Made by a program: the position numbers and the translations under genes
In this document: piece after piece, positions 24,935 through 36,736 of the stretch
Numbering within the stretch: position 1 is the stretch's first letter
How the letters are laid out: every line of letters starts with the position of its first letter
The notes under the pieces: model-generated
Told to the model about the DNA's origin: nothing
The model's input: only the letters and a program-made list of their open reading frames with translations
Database searches by the model: none
Assembly (NCBI GenBank): GCA_002104905.1
Contig: MCFE01000077.1
Coordinates: forward strand, 1-64,000
Source: Basidiobolus meristosporus CBS 931.73
Lineage: Eukaryota > Fungi > Basidiobolomycota
Length of the DNA stretch: 64,000 nucleotides
Reading direction: 5' to 3'

Positions 24935-26244
24935 TTAGAAGGTCATGCTTCTATTTCTTCTCCAGATGATGTATGGTAGCTTCCACTCACGAACCGCCAG
25001 CTTTGGGTTGAAGATTTGGAAATCCGCTTTTTCTAGCTTCTTTAAAAACACGTCGCACGGAATCTAACAAAAAAGGCATTGGTACCAGCGATAGGATTGC
25101 ATTTAGACGGCTCGATACTTACTGCATTGATGAGTGCTGGGTATGCTGCAGGTGGGAGGTTCGGAAGGAAAGTGCGGGCAGTTAAAAGATGATCATGCGC
25201 CGTCGTGGCTACCTCGAATATGGCATCACTTAGATGCTCTACTTCGCCATGACGGAATACATCTTCCTGTGAAATGCCGTGCTATCGTTGACGATATTAG
25301 TAAATGTCTGTTTCGGATATTCACTGCACGATTTCATACTTTGGCAGTAATTTCGGCGGGCAGCATCATCCTCCGCTGGCTAGCATGGAATGGAATCCCC
25401 CGTAAAAATGTGGCAATGCCACTAGCTTTGCCAATATGAGTAGCTGCATGATCAGCATGCACATCCTTAATGCCCAATGCCTCGAGTTGCAAATAAAGCA
25501 GAGCAGAGGCGGTATTTTCGGCATAGGTCTCCATATCGGCCACAGTCATGAATTGTGGATCGTCCAGATTTTTCTCCTACAACAGTGAGGCTGGGTGAAT
25601 CAAAGTGACCATTATCGAGGTGGGTAGCTCACATACTCTTTCCGAAATGACTCTCTTGAACCACATGGGGGAAAGATCACAAAACTGTAAGCTGTGGGAT
25701 AAGGCTAGTGCAACAGGTTGCTGCGGTGGTTTTCCCTAAAAAACCGATACCCCAGGTTAGTCAGCGTTACGTGGGGGAAATAACGATTGAACTACGTGCT
25801 GCGAAGATCTGCTCGATGGTGTCTTTCCAAAACATCATTTTCATTTTTCCAATGCGAGTATCACTAACGGTGTCACGAATGTGTGCCAGCTCGATGTTGA
25901 ATGCACGTATCGCCCAGAAAGCTGAGCGAGCTGGGGCGGGAGCGAACAAGGAGCATAGATAGTTCTCGTGGTCGTGTTTTCTGGAGAGTTTTCACAAGCT
26001 ATTTAGTATAGAAAAAAAGAAACGTCTCTTCACCGACGGTAGATGCTGCTTATTTCAGCGGGGTGAATTAAACACTGACATACCTGACCAACTCGCCACA
26101 GTATTGAATCGCTTTCTTGTACTTCTCAGGTGGAATGTTGGTGGTGGTCACAAAGTTTGCTCGCAACATAACCGGGCGACTATGCTGGAGTAAATGTCGA
26201 AGGGTGCTGCGAGAGCTCCCCTGGAAACAAGTGTGGAGGGCCAT
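24935..26244 (-). CDS. NDUFAF6: Complex I assembly factor 6 (squalene/phytoene synthase-like)
   Basis: Mitochondrial-type presequence, [69 protein letters not shown] and [11 protein letters not shown]. Confidence 0.9.
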
Positions 26245-26667
26245 GGTCGTCAAAAACAAAGCTGTGAGGATGTAGCTACTGGTGAGTTTGATTGAATAGA
26301 AATTTGATTTTCCAATAGTTATCTGCACGCTGAACACTTGAAATTACCTTGGTGACTTGGCTCATACAATCAACCAATTCCAGTTTTCCCCAGGAAATTC
26401 CGAATGAGTGTGGTAGTGGCTCAGGTGAGGGTTACCAATGGCATAACGGGATCTCATTGCAGTGGGATCATCGAGAAATGTAAGCATTTACTTAAAACAG
26501 GTTTACTCTAAACAACTTCAATATCCCTTGGTAAAAATGTTTAGTATGGTTAATATAACATTGTTGTGACAGCGTTAATGCTCAATCGCTGTTCCTCCTT
26601 CTATCCACAAACAAGCTAGCCCACGTTTTTGTTTCCAAAGCGGATCACCGTGGATATTCTTTAGGGC

Positions 26668-29600
26668 ATGTCATCTATAGAAAAACTGTTGATTCGAGGG
26701 ATTCGTTCCTTCGATCCTCAAGGAACGAACGTTATTGAATTCTATACCCCTCTTACCATTATTGTAGGCCATAATGGCTCCGGCAAAACGGTTGGTTCGA
26801 TGCGTTCTTCAGCAAGGAGTCTTTGGCTTTGGTTGACGTTTAGAATATAGACCATTATAGAATGCTTGAAATACGCAACAACTGGCGACCTTCCACCAAA
26901 TAGTAAAGGCGGTGCTTTTATTCATGATCCAAAAGTACGTAATTTCGTCCGGATAAACCGTTGCTTCTTGCTATATCCCACTAGTAGAATGATTTCAAGA
27001 GAGTACTACCTTGTACCGAATGGGATGGTGGGTTAACTGTCTTCAATTAGGTAGCTCATGAAGTTGAGGTTCGCGCTCAGATCAAACTAAAATTCAAGAA
27101 TGTTAATCAACGACAAATGGTCTGTACGAGATCCATCCAGCTGACACAGAAGAAAACATCGGTCATGCAAAAAACTTTAGAAAGCTTATTACTGGCCAAA
27201 GATCCAGTCACTGGCGAGGTGGATATATACTGTTCATTCTCTTTCGTATCCGAGCTTACAAACCAGGCAACTCATCTTTATACACTTACCAGCAAGTCAG
27301 CATCAGCAGTCGGTGTGCGGAGCTGGATAACGATTTGCCACTTCACCTTGGTGTATCGAAGGCGATCCTTGATAATGTTATCTTCTGCCACCAAGAGGAA
27401 TCAAACTGGCCATTGTCGGAGCCCGGTGTGCTCAAAAAGAAATTCGATGAAATCTTTGCTGCAACGCGTTACACCAAGGCACTGAACAACATCAAAGATT
27501 TACGAAAAGAACAAGCCATCGAAATTCGCTTGGACACCCAAGCTAGGGATTCGTTGAAAGCAAATACGGAAAAGGCCGAAAAGGTCCGGGCCACCCTGGA
27601 TGCTATATCGGAAAGCATTCAGTCTACCGGAAGACAAACCTCAATCCTGAGCGTACAGGAGATAGATATCGCCGAGAAAATTAACCATCTCTTGGAGACT
27701 ATCACAGAAGCGAAAGATCTTGATAGCCAAATTGCGGAACTGAAGTTCAAGAAAGAACAGAATGAAGAAATGTGCAAAGAACTTCTAGCGCAATTCACCG
27801 AATTCACCGAGTCGGATGAGGAGCTTAATGAACTACTGATAGAGCACGAACGCAAGCTTACTAATGGCATACAAGATCAAGAGACTTTCGTAGCTCAAAT
27901 CGATGAAACTTCAGCCGCCCTTACAGAAATCAGAGCGGAGCGGGATAAATGTACCAAAATGCAAGGCCGACTTCAAGGAGAGTACGACGAAAATGAAAAG
28001 CGAAAGATGGAAATGAATCAAGAGCTTGATCCGTATGAAAAACAAACTCATTTCCACTGGGCTCCACGTATCAGCCGACCCTGACAGTTTCTATGCTGAG
28101 CTTGAGACATTTTACAGAGACCGACTAGAGAGTGTAGAAAAGGTCAGACAAGAATATCGAGAGCGTGAACGAGAGATCAGCACTGAACTTGCTTCAATCG
28201 ATGGCCGGATCGCATCTTACAGTGAAGGCAGATTGGAACTCAAAGATCAGTTGGATAAGCTTAACCAAAAAATTGCAGAGCAAATAGCGGAGTTAGGAAC
28301 ACTCGATGTATCGGAGGATGTTCAAGAAGATCTCGCTCGAAAGCTTGAGCGGGAAAAGTCCGCTCGTGATGATTTGAGTTTTGAAATCCAAGCCAAGAAT
28401 TTCGCCGCAAAAATTGCTGATAACGATAAAGACATACAGCAAATCAATTACAGCATAACCAACATCGAAAAGGAGATGGATACGTTGACTTCACAAACCG
28501 ATCTCCGTTCAGAGTTTGCCGTGAAGAAATCTAATCGGGATTCTAGTGAAAATACGCTGAACAACCTTATTCAAACCAGTGAGGCTGAATTCAAGTCAAG
28601 CATCGGGCATGTACCAGCCCCTGATAGGATCAAAAATGAGGTATCAGTATACAAATGCAACAAGGAGAACTCCTTGCACGATGCTGAGAAACGGTTTGAA
28701 GCAGCCAACAAGGAGCTTTCTTCCGCTGATACTAGATTAAGCATCGCGAAGGAATCGCTGGAGAGAAAAAAGAAAGAATTGGAGGAGAAACAGCTACGAA
28801 TTGAGGCGGTTTGTGGCAATGCAGAATTTCCTCTGGTACTTCAAGAGGTTGAGAATGCGGTATCAGAGCAGATGGAAAATCTGATTCAGCTACGAAGTGC
28901 TTCTCAACTGTACACTGTATTTATTACTAAAGCCAGACAGCAGCATTCATGTCCATTATGCACTCGCGAGCTTCCTGACGAGGAAGAAATGAAGTTTATC
29001 CATCGACTTGAGAGTAAAATCTCTAAAACCCCAGCGGAAATACAAAGTGCTGAGGACGAGCTCTCCAAACTCGAAATCAAAAGAGAGAAATTACGCGCCC
29101 TGACTTCGGCCTGGGACAGCGTCGTCGAGTTGAGACAAATTCAAATCCCGGATTTGAACGACGAGATCGAAGATCATCAGAAGGAAAAAGACTCGGCAGA
29201 AAACAATAGTGAAAACATTCTATTGGAATTGGCTGCACTCAAGGCCGAATACGAATCGGCCAAGATTCTACATCAGAAAGCAGGGGAAATAGCTCGAGTT
29301 TACGAGGAGCTCAAGTCGCTGAACAGCGAATTGAAAGAACAGGAACGTCAGCTTCGACGCTCAGGCTCCACAAAGACGATTGGGGAATGCCGAAGTGAGT
29401 TGGAGCCTTTGAGGATTCGATTGCGGTCATTACAACGTGAGAATGAACGACTAAAAGAAGAACAAAAATACAAGGACAATGCTCTGCGCGAATGTGAGAA
29501 CCGGATCCGCGAAGCAGCTGGCGAAATGAACTCGTACGAAGTAAATCTGCAAAAGAAGGAGGCATTACAGAATTCAATCAACGATTTGAAACAGCAGTCC

Positions 29601-30815
29601 CAGTATTTCCTTGACCAAATAAGTAAGCATGATCAAGACATCGTACAACTGGAGCCCAAGCGCAAGGAGATCGAGAATAGCCTGTCCGAATTACAAAGGG
29701 AGGGTGACATTCATGTAGGCGAAGTTCAAAAGGAAGCCAATGTTCTTGAACAAGCACTTGGTAACATCAAGGCCCTCGAACGGAGTATTCAACGATACAA
29801 GAACGAGAAAAGAGAGGAACTTCTATTAGAGTATACCGAGCGAGTTCAAAACTGCACAAATATGATCAAGGAGAAGGAGGATGATATCGAGCAGTTACAG
29901 CAACATTCCAATTTGATCAAAACGCAGCTAAACCAGTTAGACCAGCTACGGCGCAATATTAATGACAACATTCGATATCGGCAAATAAGGCGCAAAATCC
30001 ATGATAGCGAAGCGAGTCTATCTGCGCTGTATGCGGAAAGGCAAAAATACGACGACGACTCGTATGCTGCTCAACTCCAGAAGCTCGAAGGCAAGCGCAG
30101 GAAACTGCAAGCTGAGATCTCTGGATTCGGAGGGGAGCTAAAGCAGCTTGAAGACCAGAGGAACAGGCTAATCCAGGAGCTAGATACGGATTACAAAGAT
30201 GTTGAGGAGCAGTATCGCATGCAGGTGATCAAACTAAAGACCTCCGAGATGGCAAATGCAGATCTTGAGAAATACGCCAAGGCGTTAGATAGTGCGATCA
30301 TGAAATATCACTCGCTCAAGATGGAGGAAATCAATAAGATCATTCGAGAGCTCTGGATGAACACCTATCAGGGAAATGACATTGACACAATAGAGATTCG
30401 CTCGGATTGCGAGAACACCAAGGGGAATCGGTCGTACAACTATCGGGTGGTGATGATCAAGGGAGAGACTGAGTTGGACATGAGAGGGCGCTGTAGCGCA
30501 GGCCAGAAAGTCCTAACCTCCTTGATTGTTCGACTGGCCCTGGCCGAAACCTTCTGTCTGAATTGCGGCATCCTCGCTCTAGATGAGCCGACCACAAACC
30601 TCGACAGAGCGAACATCGAGAGCCTGGCCGAGAGTCTCGCCAACATCATCAAAATCCGACGTCAGCAAAGCAACTTCCAGCTGATCGTCATCACCCACGA
30701 CGAGGACTTCATGCAGCTCCTAGGCAAATCAGAGTTTGCTGATTACTACTGGAGAGTGTTTAAAGACATTGACCAACACTCGGTGATCGAAAGGCAGTCC
30801 ATTGCCCTGCAGTGA
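26668..30815 (+). CDS. RAD50: DNA repair protein Rad50 (MRX/MRN complex)
   Basis: GIRSF, Walker A GHNGSGKT, long coiled coil, zinc hook CPLC, signature CSAGQK, Walker [12 protein letters not shown] and ITHD. There is a reading-frame break near 28030 (see findings). Confidence 0.95.
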
Positions 30816-30966
30816 ATAGAGCATTTGTGGGAGTCATCCGCGAACAACAGTTGATATGTAATTTAAGGTTTTTTCTAATAAAATTTATATGTGCAGCGTT
30901 TATACATACAATTATGTCAGTGTATGCTGAATACGAAACATTCATTGCGGGAGTCAGAAATGGTCC

Positions 30967-32413
30967 TTAAATCTGCATTGTGCCAGCGGCGGTGTTTCCA
31001 ATGTTCTGCAACGATAGAAATACGTCGCACCCATAGCCGGTAAGGGACCTTACGATCAGATCGCCGCCAAAGTACTTGGAATAGACCAGAGCCATTGGCA
31101 AACCTAGGAAGAGAGAGAAAGTCAAATCGATGTTGGTGAGTGGTTTGTGTCCATGTCAGCAACTTACCAAAACCAAGTCCAGCTAGACATCATGGCCCAA
31201 AATGCGTTAGCTCACGAAGGTTGGAAGATTATGTATGCGCTTACCGATTGGCCCGCCAACTCCGCTCTGCATCGCTAGCTGTGTTTGAACAGAGAAGATG
31301 CTGTTCTCCTCATCTTCCTCGTGCTTCACCGTAGTGTACGAGTACTGGAAAATCCCATCCTGGTGCTCCGGGGGAATGCCGCCACCTTGGTCCCTAATTC
31401 TGACCCCAACATGCTCCTCCCCACACGTGATGGTAATCTCCACTGGCGGATAGTTGATCCGGTTGCTTTTACGACTGAACTCCACCGTAGCTCGGTAGGC
31501 GTTCTTCAACAGCTCACACGCGACATACTCCAGATGCACCGGGATGTATGTGAACATCGTATCTGTCTGCCCGTTGATTATGAACTGCGGCGCAGAGCCG
31601 TATGTCATTTCGCACAACTCTTGCACATATTCGGCACAGTGCCTTAGTAGATTGCTAGGCTTCAGCTGGGTGTCAATGATCCCGATGTAAGAGCCGGAAG
31701 CAGAGTGCAAGGCCACATGCTGTTCCGCGATCAGACGGATACCGATTCGTGAGCGGATAAGATCGTCGAAGAACTTGGCTATATCCTCGGACTTCATGTA
31801 CTTCTTGCACTCCATAAAGCCTGAACTCCCAGGTTGGATCAGACACGCTTCAGGGGATGGCAACAATGGTTTGAGCCTTACCTTGGGCAAGTCTAGGAAT
31901 GGTATCAGCAAATTGTCGAGTAAGTTCCGTCAAGCTTTCGGTGTAATTCGCATCGGTTTCGGTGTCCACGGGGGTGGGGAAATTTCGAAGCTTCTCAAAG
32001 GAGTCGTAGTACATCTGGTGAACCCCCTTTATATACGGATTGGTTCCTACAATGAAGGGTAATTTCTGGAATGCTTGAACTCGTCGTGCCAAGCGTACGG
32101 GAAGCTCCGAATGTGCGTATTGGGCTGACCTGAGCAGCGCCTCCGTACTTAGCGGGGGCTTTCCGAACTTCAAAAGGTCGCCAAGCTTTACCGGGGAAGG
32201 TGGCTTATTGCAGTACTGAAAGGAGAGGCGAAATACTATTCAGACCGATGGCTGAGAAGAAAAGTCCACCGTGTAGTGGAGGTTCTGACTTACATTCGAT
32301 ACGGTGCTATCGTAAAACGAAGTAACTTGCACGTTTTCTCTGAGATTTCTTGACAGGGAGTGAAACCCTCGGGACAGCCTGAAGCGGAAGCTCGCTCCTT
32401 GATAGTGCAACAT
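30967..32413 (-). CDS. Mitochondrial pyruvate / branched-chain alpha-ketoacid dehydrogenase kinase family
   Basis: ELPVRLARRVQAFQKLPFIVGTNPYI, FFDDLIRSRIGIRLIAEQH, ELLKNAYRAT (N box), RIRDQGGGIP (G1), AGLGFGLPM (G2, on a micro-exon) and GYGCDVFL. Confidence 0.92.
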
Positions 32414-32897
32414 GACTTACTCTTAAGCAATTAATAGCTCAATGTTTGACAGTCCTTCGTTCTTGACGTTTCTGACAGGTGAGGAGTGGTGAACTGGTGA
32501 GCAGTAAGTTCAAGTCACCGCTTTCAAACAGCGTTTTTGCCTATGCTCCCACTCACTTTATACTGACACTGCAATAGCACTGAGAGTCACATGGTTTATT
32601 CATTTCCCACACCCATTCGACTGGCAATAGGCTAGAGTTTAATGGGATAAATTCAGGCTTAATCACTGAACACCTCCACACTTAACAGCCGCATATAAAA
32701 TCATGGTAAATACAAGAATATTCAATCTAATCCCTCAAATCCCCTTCTGAGATATTTAATTTATTGGTGCTTTTTTCTATCCCTTCCAAGTAGCCTCTTG
32801 CTTTCACCAGCAACCTTGAAAACTAACCCTTTAGATCCGACAGCTTCGATAGTCCCAGCATCTTCCCACACATAACGCTACTCGATTCTCCTTTAAC

Positions 32898-33815
32898 ATG
32901 CCGCGCACTGGTGAAGATACGGATCGATTTTTAGAGAGGTGAGTGCAACAGCCACCCAACTCTCCGCAGAACTAAGCATACTCACCTTGCTCCTCTAGCC
33001 AGACACGCGGGTTGACCCGCGCTGAGCAGATTCGTAACATGGCCAACCAAATTGTGTATTCTAGATTTTACACATTTCTGTATATCATAATGGCTATTCT
33101 CTCACTTATCTCCGTCGTATTGGTAACAGCCTAAACCCACCATCTAATTTGATCTGCGAATTCGACCGCTCTAACCCTCCATTGAATATTGCAACTCGCA
33201 AACGACAGTCCATCAAATATGAATGGTAGGCCGTTGTTAAACTCCACCCTGCAACCAACTTCTGACCCTTTTGCTGTACATTTAGCCCAGGGAAATTCTT
33301 TGTGGTGCTGGAAATCATCATAAACGTTACGATGATCACCGAAGTCGGGATCCGCATGTTAAGCATGGGTCGTGTAAGTCCTTGCATACTGGAGACTGTG
33401 TTGATTGCGAGATCGGTGCTAAGGCAATTGGGATAGGCATTCTGGCGCTGGTGGCTGAATATTTTTGACATCATCATCGTCTTCCTCTGTATTCTGACTC
33501 TGATACTGTTGAGCCACGGATGCTCCCGCAATGCCGGACGGGAGGAATTGGCAGGCACGATATTTTTGGTGATCCGTAACTCCATCCAATTTTTCAGATT
33601 GTTCAGTGCTCTCAGAAAGTAAGTCACCTCCACCTCCAATCCATTGCCCTAACCACTCACTCGAGCCCTCTAGAAACAAGCGTCACCTGAGCGCCAGAAA
33701 CAACACCATTGATTTTGCCGATGTCCGCAACTCCTTAGACGAAGGAAACCTTGATGCAGGTCATGCCGAGCATCCCGGGTTCATCCTGGAGGATTCCGAC
33801 GAGGAGAACCTCTGA
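32898..33815 (+). CDS. Small 4-TM protein resembling a stand-alone voltage-sensor (Ion_trans S1-S4) domain
   Basis: Spliced product has four hydrophobic segments: FYTFLYIIMAILSLISVVL, FFVVLEIIINVTMITEVGIR, WWLNIFDIIIVFLCILTLILL and IFLVIRNSIQFFRLFSALRK. An acidic tail and stop follow, with no pore domain. Confidence 0.7.
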
Positions 33816-34464
33816 TCACAAGTAACCCTCAACCCTAGCCTTTGTGCATTGGAGTATTCTAATAAAAGTGCAGTGCTATGCCAAACAATGTTTAGTTTGA
33901 TGAAGATCGCCCCATATGAGGCGAGAGTCCCACGCAGCAACATTACCGCACCTAATGGCCTTACTGAAGCAAGCGTGCGTGTTAACCAGGAGCCAGGTAT
34001 CTGCAGGAGCATGTATGGAGGAGATTATTCCAAATCACTGCATTATTGTTCAATACAATGCAGGATGACTGGTAAAGCCATCACAATCACCATAATCAAC
34101 CAATACAACCTTGATTGTTGCGGATTGACCCACGGCCTGTGGCTTTGTAGTAGCCATTCAATCGGATCATAATAAGCCCAAACACTCCTCTCACGGGATT
34201 TCCTTCCAACTGTCATGCGTTTACGTCATATCCTAAATTTAACCTCTCTGACTTGGGTTTCGAGGAGATTTTTCTGGCCGGTGATTGTGTGGTATTGATC
34301 GGATTTCCTAAAGCCAAGATGCAGGCGGGCTTAATTCGAAAGGTATAAAGCCAGCCGCGAGATCCGCTCGTTTGATCCCCACTCGCCGTTGATTTTCTTG
34401 GATTCCTGCGTCTCTACACTTGCAATCCTTTTCTCTTTACCTTTGGTTGGCTCGCTAGTTGTAT

Positions 34465-34848
34465 ATGCATTTGAACGAAGATTACAAGCAGGATGCCAAG
34501 AAATCCTCCTTTTTGAAAAAACTGCTTCGGGTGGCCAGGGCTTCCCCTGTGTCCCGGTCCAAACGGCATTCCCACACCCACTGTATAGAGCCTGAGCTTT
34601 CTTTAAAAATCATCCCTGTCTCCTCCGTGATAGCCCGTTCAATGAGTGACAGCTGTGTTGTAGGTGCTGGGCCGTTGATCTCACCCACCAACCCACACTT
34701 CCACCAGCGCTCCTTGACCAGCGTTTCCAGCTCGCACATCTCCTTCGATGATCTCCTGGAGCATGACAACTCTGAATACACGATCCGAATGTCGCTAACA
34801 CCCGAGCTGATAAGAGAACACGAGATTCGCAACGTGCTCTTCTACTAA
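34465..34848 (+). CDS. Hypothetical Ser-rich protein, 127 aa, intronless
   Basis: Clean ATG ORF downstream of a TATAAA (about 34345) and a pyrimidine-rich leader. Ends in SFDDLLE...TIRMSLTP. No family recognised. Confidence 0.55.
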   Translation: MHLNEDYKQDAKKSSFLKKLLRVARASPVSRSKRHSHTHCIEPELSLKIIPVSSVIARSMSDSCVVGAGPLISPTNPHFHQRSLTSVSSSHISFDDLLEHDNSEYTIRMSLTPELIREHEIRNVLFY

Positions 34849-35520
34849 CGCGAGCTGAGGTTGAACAGGCGTAATCCAGAAATACAGAATATCGATTCGA
34901 ACAGCCATCCCCCAGTGGCGGATATAGACAAAATCATAGACTTTTAGACTAGCCCCTTAATCACTAATAGATGTACCATTTCCCAGTACAAGTAATGTAA
35001 TATTTACCGCTCGACGTAGAGATAGAAATCGATTTAGACAGTACTCCTTACTTTTCACTGCCGGTCAAGTCAAGTAAAGATTCCACATCTGATCAAGGAA
35101 ACGCGTGTCGTGATTCGGACGCCTCCAAGGCGCTAATTTCCGACTGCATACAGTCAACAAATGGAGGGATTATGATTGGCCTCCGTGGACCAGTGTAAAC
35201 AGTCAGCCTATTGATCGATCACTGATGCAGTATGAGGCACCAAGAAACCTGATTGAAGAAACAGGATATCAGGCCTTGATGGAATGATCAACCAATTATC
35301 AGGTTGGCCAAGCGGAGAAAATGCAACTTAGTCTTACACAAGATTACACAGAATACATGCAACGAAACTTCTCGTCATTCGGGTTCCGAGCCTGTCATGA
35401 ATAAAAGGTCGTGCGCCTCTAGGGAATCGCGAGATACCTCTACTACGACGTTGTCCATTGCACTTGTCTGGAATATTGCCTTGAAACTTCGCCATGGCAG
35501 TCAGCCTAGTAACCACCACC

Positions 35521-36370
35521 ATGAAGCTCACCCTTCTTATGTCGATCATCCTATATGTTGCAGCCGGCGGGGTGATAGGCGGGTTTGGAATCTACTTTCT
35601 TCTAACTCCCTTGAAACGCAGGGCTGTTGTGTTGACGTCCGAAATGATTATAGGTGAGTAGCTCGGCCATTTCAAAGATACCCAAGCTAACACTAATCCT
35701 CACTCCTATTCGCTCTCTCACTGTAGGTAGTCTAGCATTCTTCGGCTTTGTTTTACTAACCAGCTTGATAGGGTTCTTCGGCTTCTTGAGACCACTGAGA
35801 CGCAAGGGATTGTTGAACCTCTTCATCTGGCTGATCGCCGTAGCGTTTATTGTGCACATTACTCTCGGTGGCTTGGCATATTTCAATACCCTCGATATCC
35901 CCAGGTCTTATTCGGAGAAATGGCAGCGCTGGGATTCAGCTGTGCGCGTTTCGTTTCAAGAGACGGTTTGTGCATTCCATGCTAGCGAGTCAGAATCAGG
36001 TGATCGGATGGTTGATTAAAGTGGATATGTTTAGGGACAATGCTGTGGCTACAATGACGAAACCGATTTCCCGGCTACTACCGACTTGTGCGGGGCGCAA
36101 CCCACTGGACTCCCTGGTTGTGTCGATTCGGTCCATTCCTTCGTGCAATCATATCTAAAGCCAATTTACATTGTTCTCTTTGCATTCACCGCCGTTGATG
36201 CCATCGCAGTGCTGGCTGCCTTCATGGTGATCCAAGCGAGCCGGGAAGAGCGGCGCTACGAGGAGTTCAAGCGGGCCTCACAGATCTCGGAGCTTACAGA
36301 GATTTCTCGATTGAACCTGAAGTACTTGCAAAGTTTGCACCAGGATTTACAGTCGATCCCATATGCTTGA
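35521..36370 (+). CDS. Tetraspanin-like protein
   Basis: Four TM segments across three exons. The large loop carries QCCGY, DLC and PGC; basic cytoplasmic tail. Confidence 0.8.
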
Positions 36371-36736
36371 GCCATATGAACTCCTTGGAATGTGTACATA
36401 TGTATGATAGAGAAATTGATAATAAATTGGGTGGACGAATTCTACGTCATAATCCCATTCCCATGTTTTCAATTGTAAATGATCGAATCAGAGGGTGCCA
36501 TCTCAAAGGCTCGAGGATTAACCTTGGGAAAATCATCGAATTTCCTTCATTTCCGATCCCCAAGGATGGTTTGGTTGATGGCATTGATGCTGGGAAATCT
36601 GAGCCACCTTTGAAAGAGTGTTTTCACTTGAGGCTCTACCAAGTCTAGTCACCCTTCAGTAAGAATTTCCTGACGTTGACCGTTTTCAAGAGGCTCAACA
36701 TATTCCCCAAGTACCAGATAAAGAGGACCACCAAGC

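Noticed and set aside
25201-25260. Apparent frameshift in NDUFAF6
   Set aside because: On re-reading, the frame is continuous ([14 protein letters not shown]).
15916-30815. TPP1-like and RAD50 genes in the same window as a telomere-maintenance cluster
   Set aside because: They are separated by unrelated metabolic genes; chance proximity is expected at this gene density.
33849-34172. 107-aa ORF, and other short intergenic ORFs such as 1143-1475, 20338-20613, 35304-35657 and 41502-41732
   Set aside because: No recognisable domain, often non-ATG starts, or overlap with real genes or UTRs.
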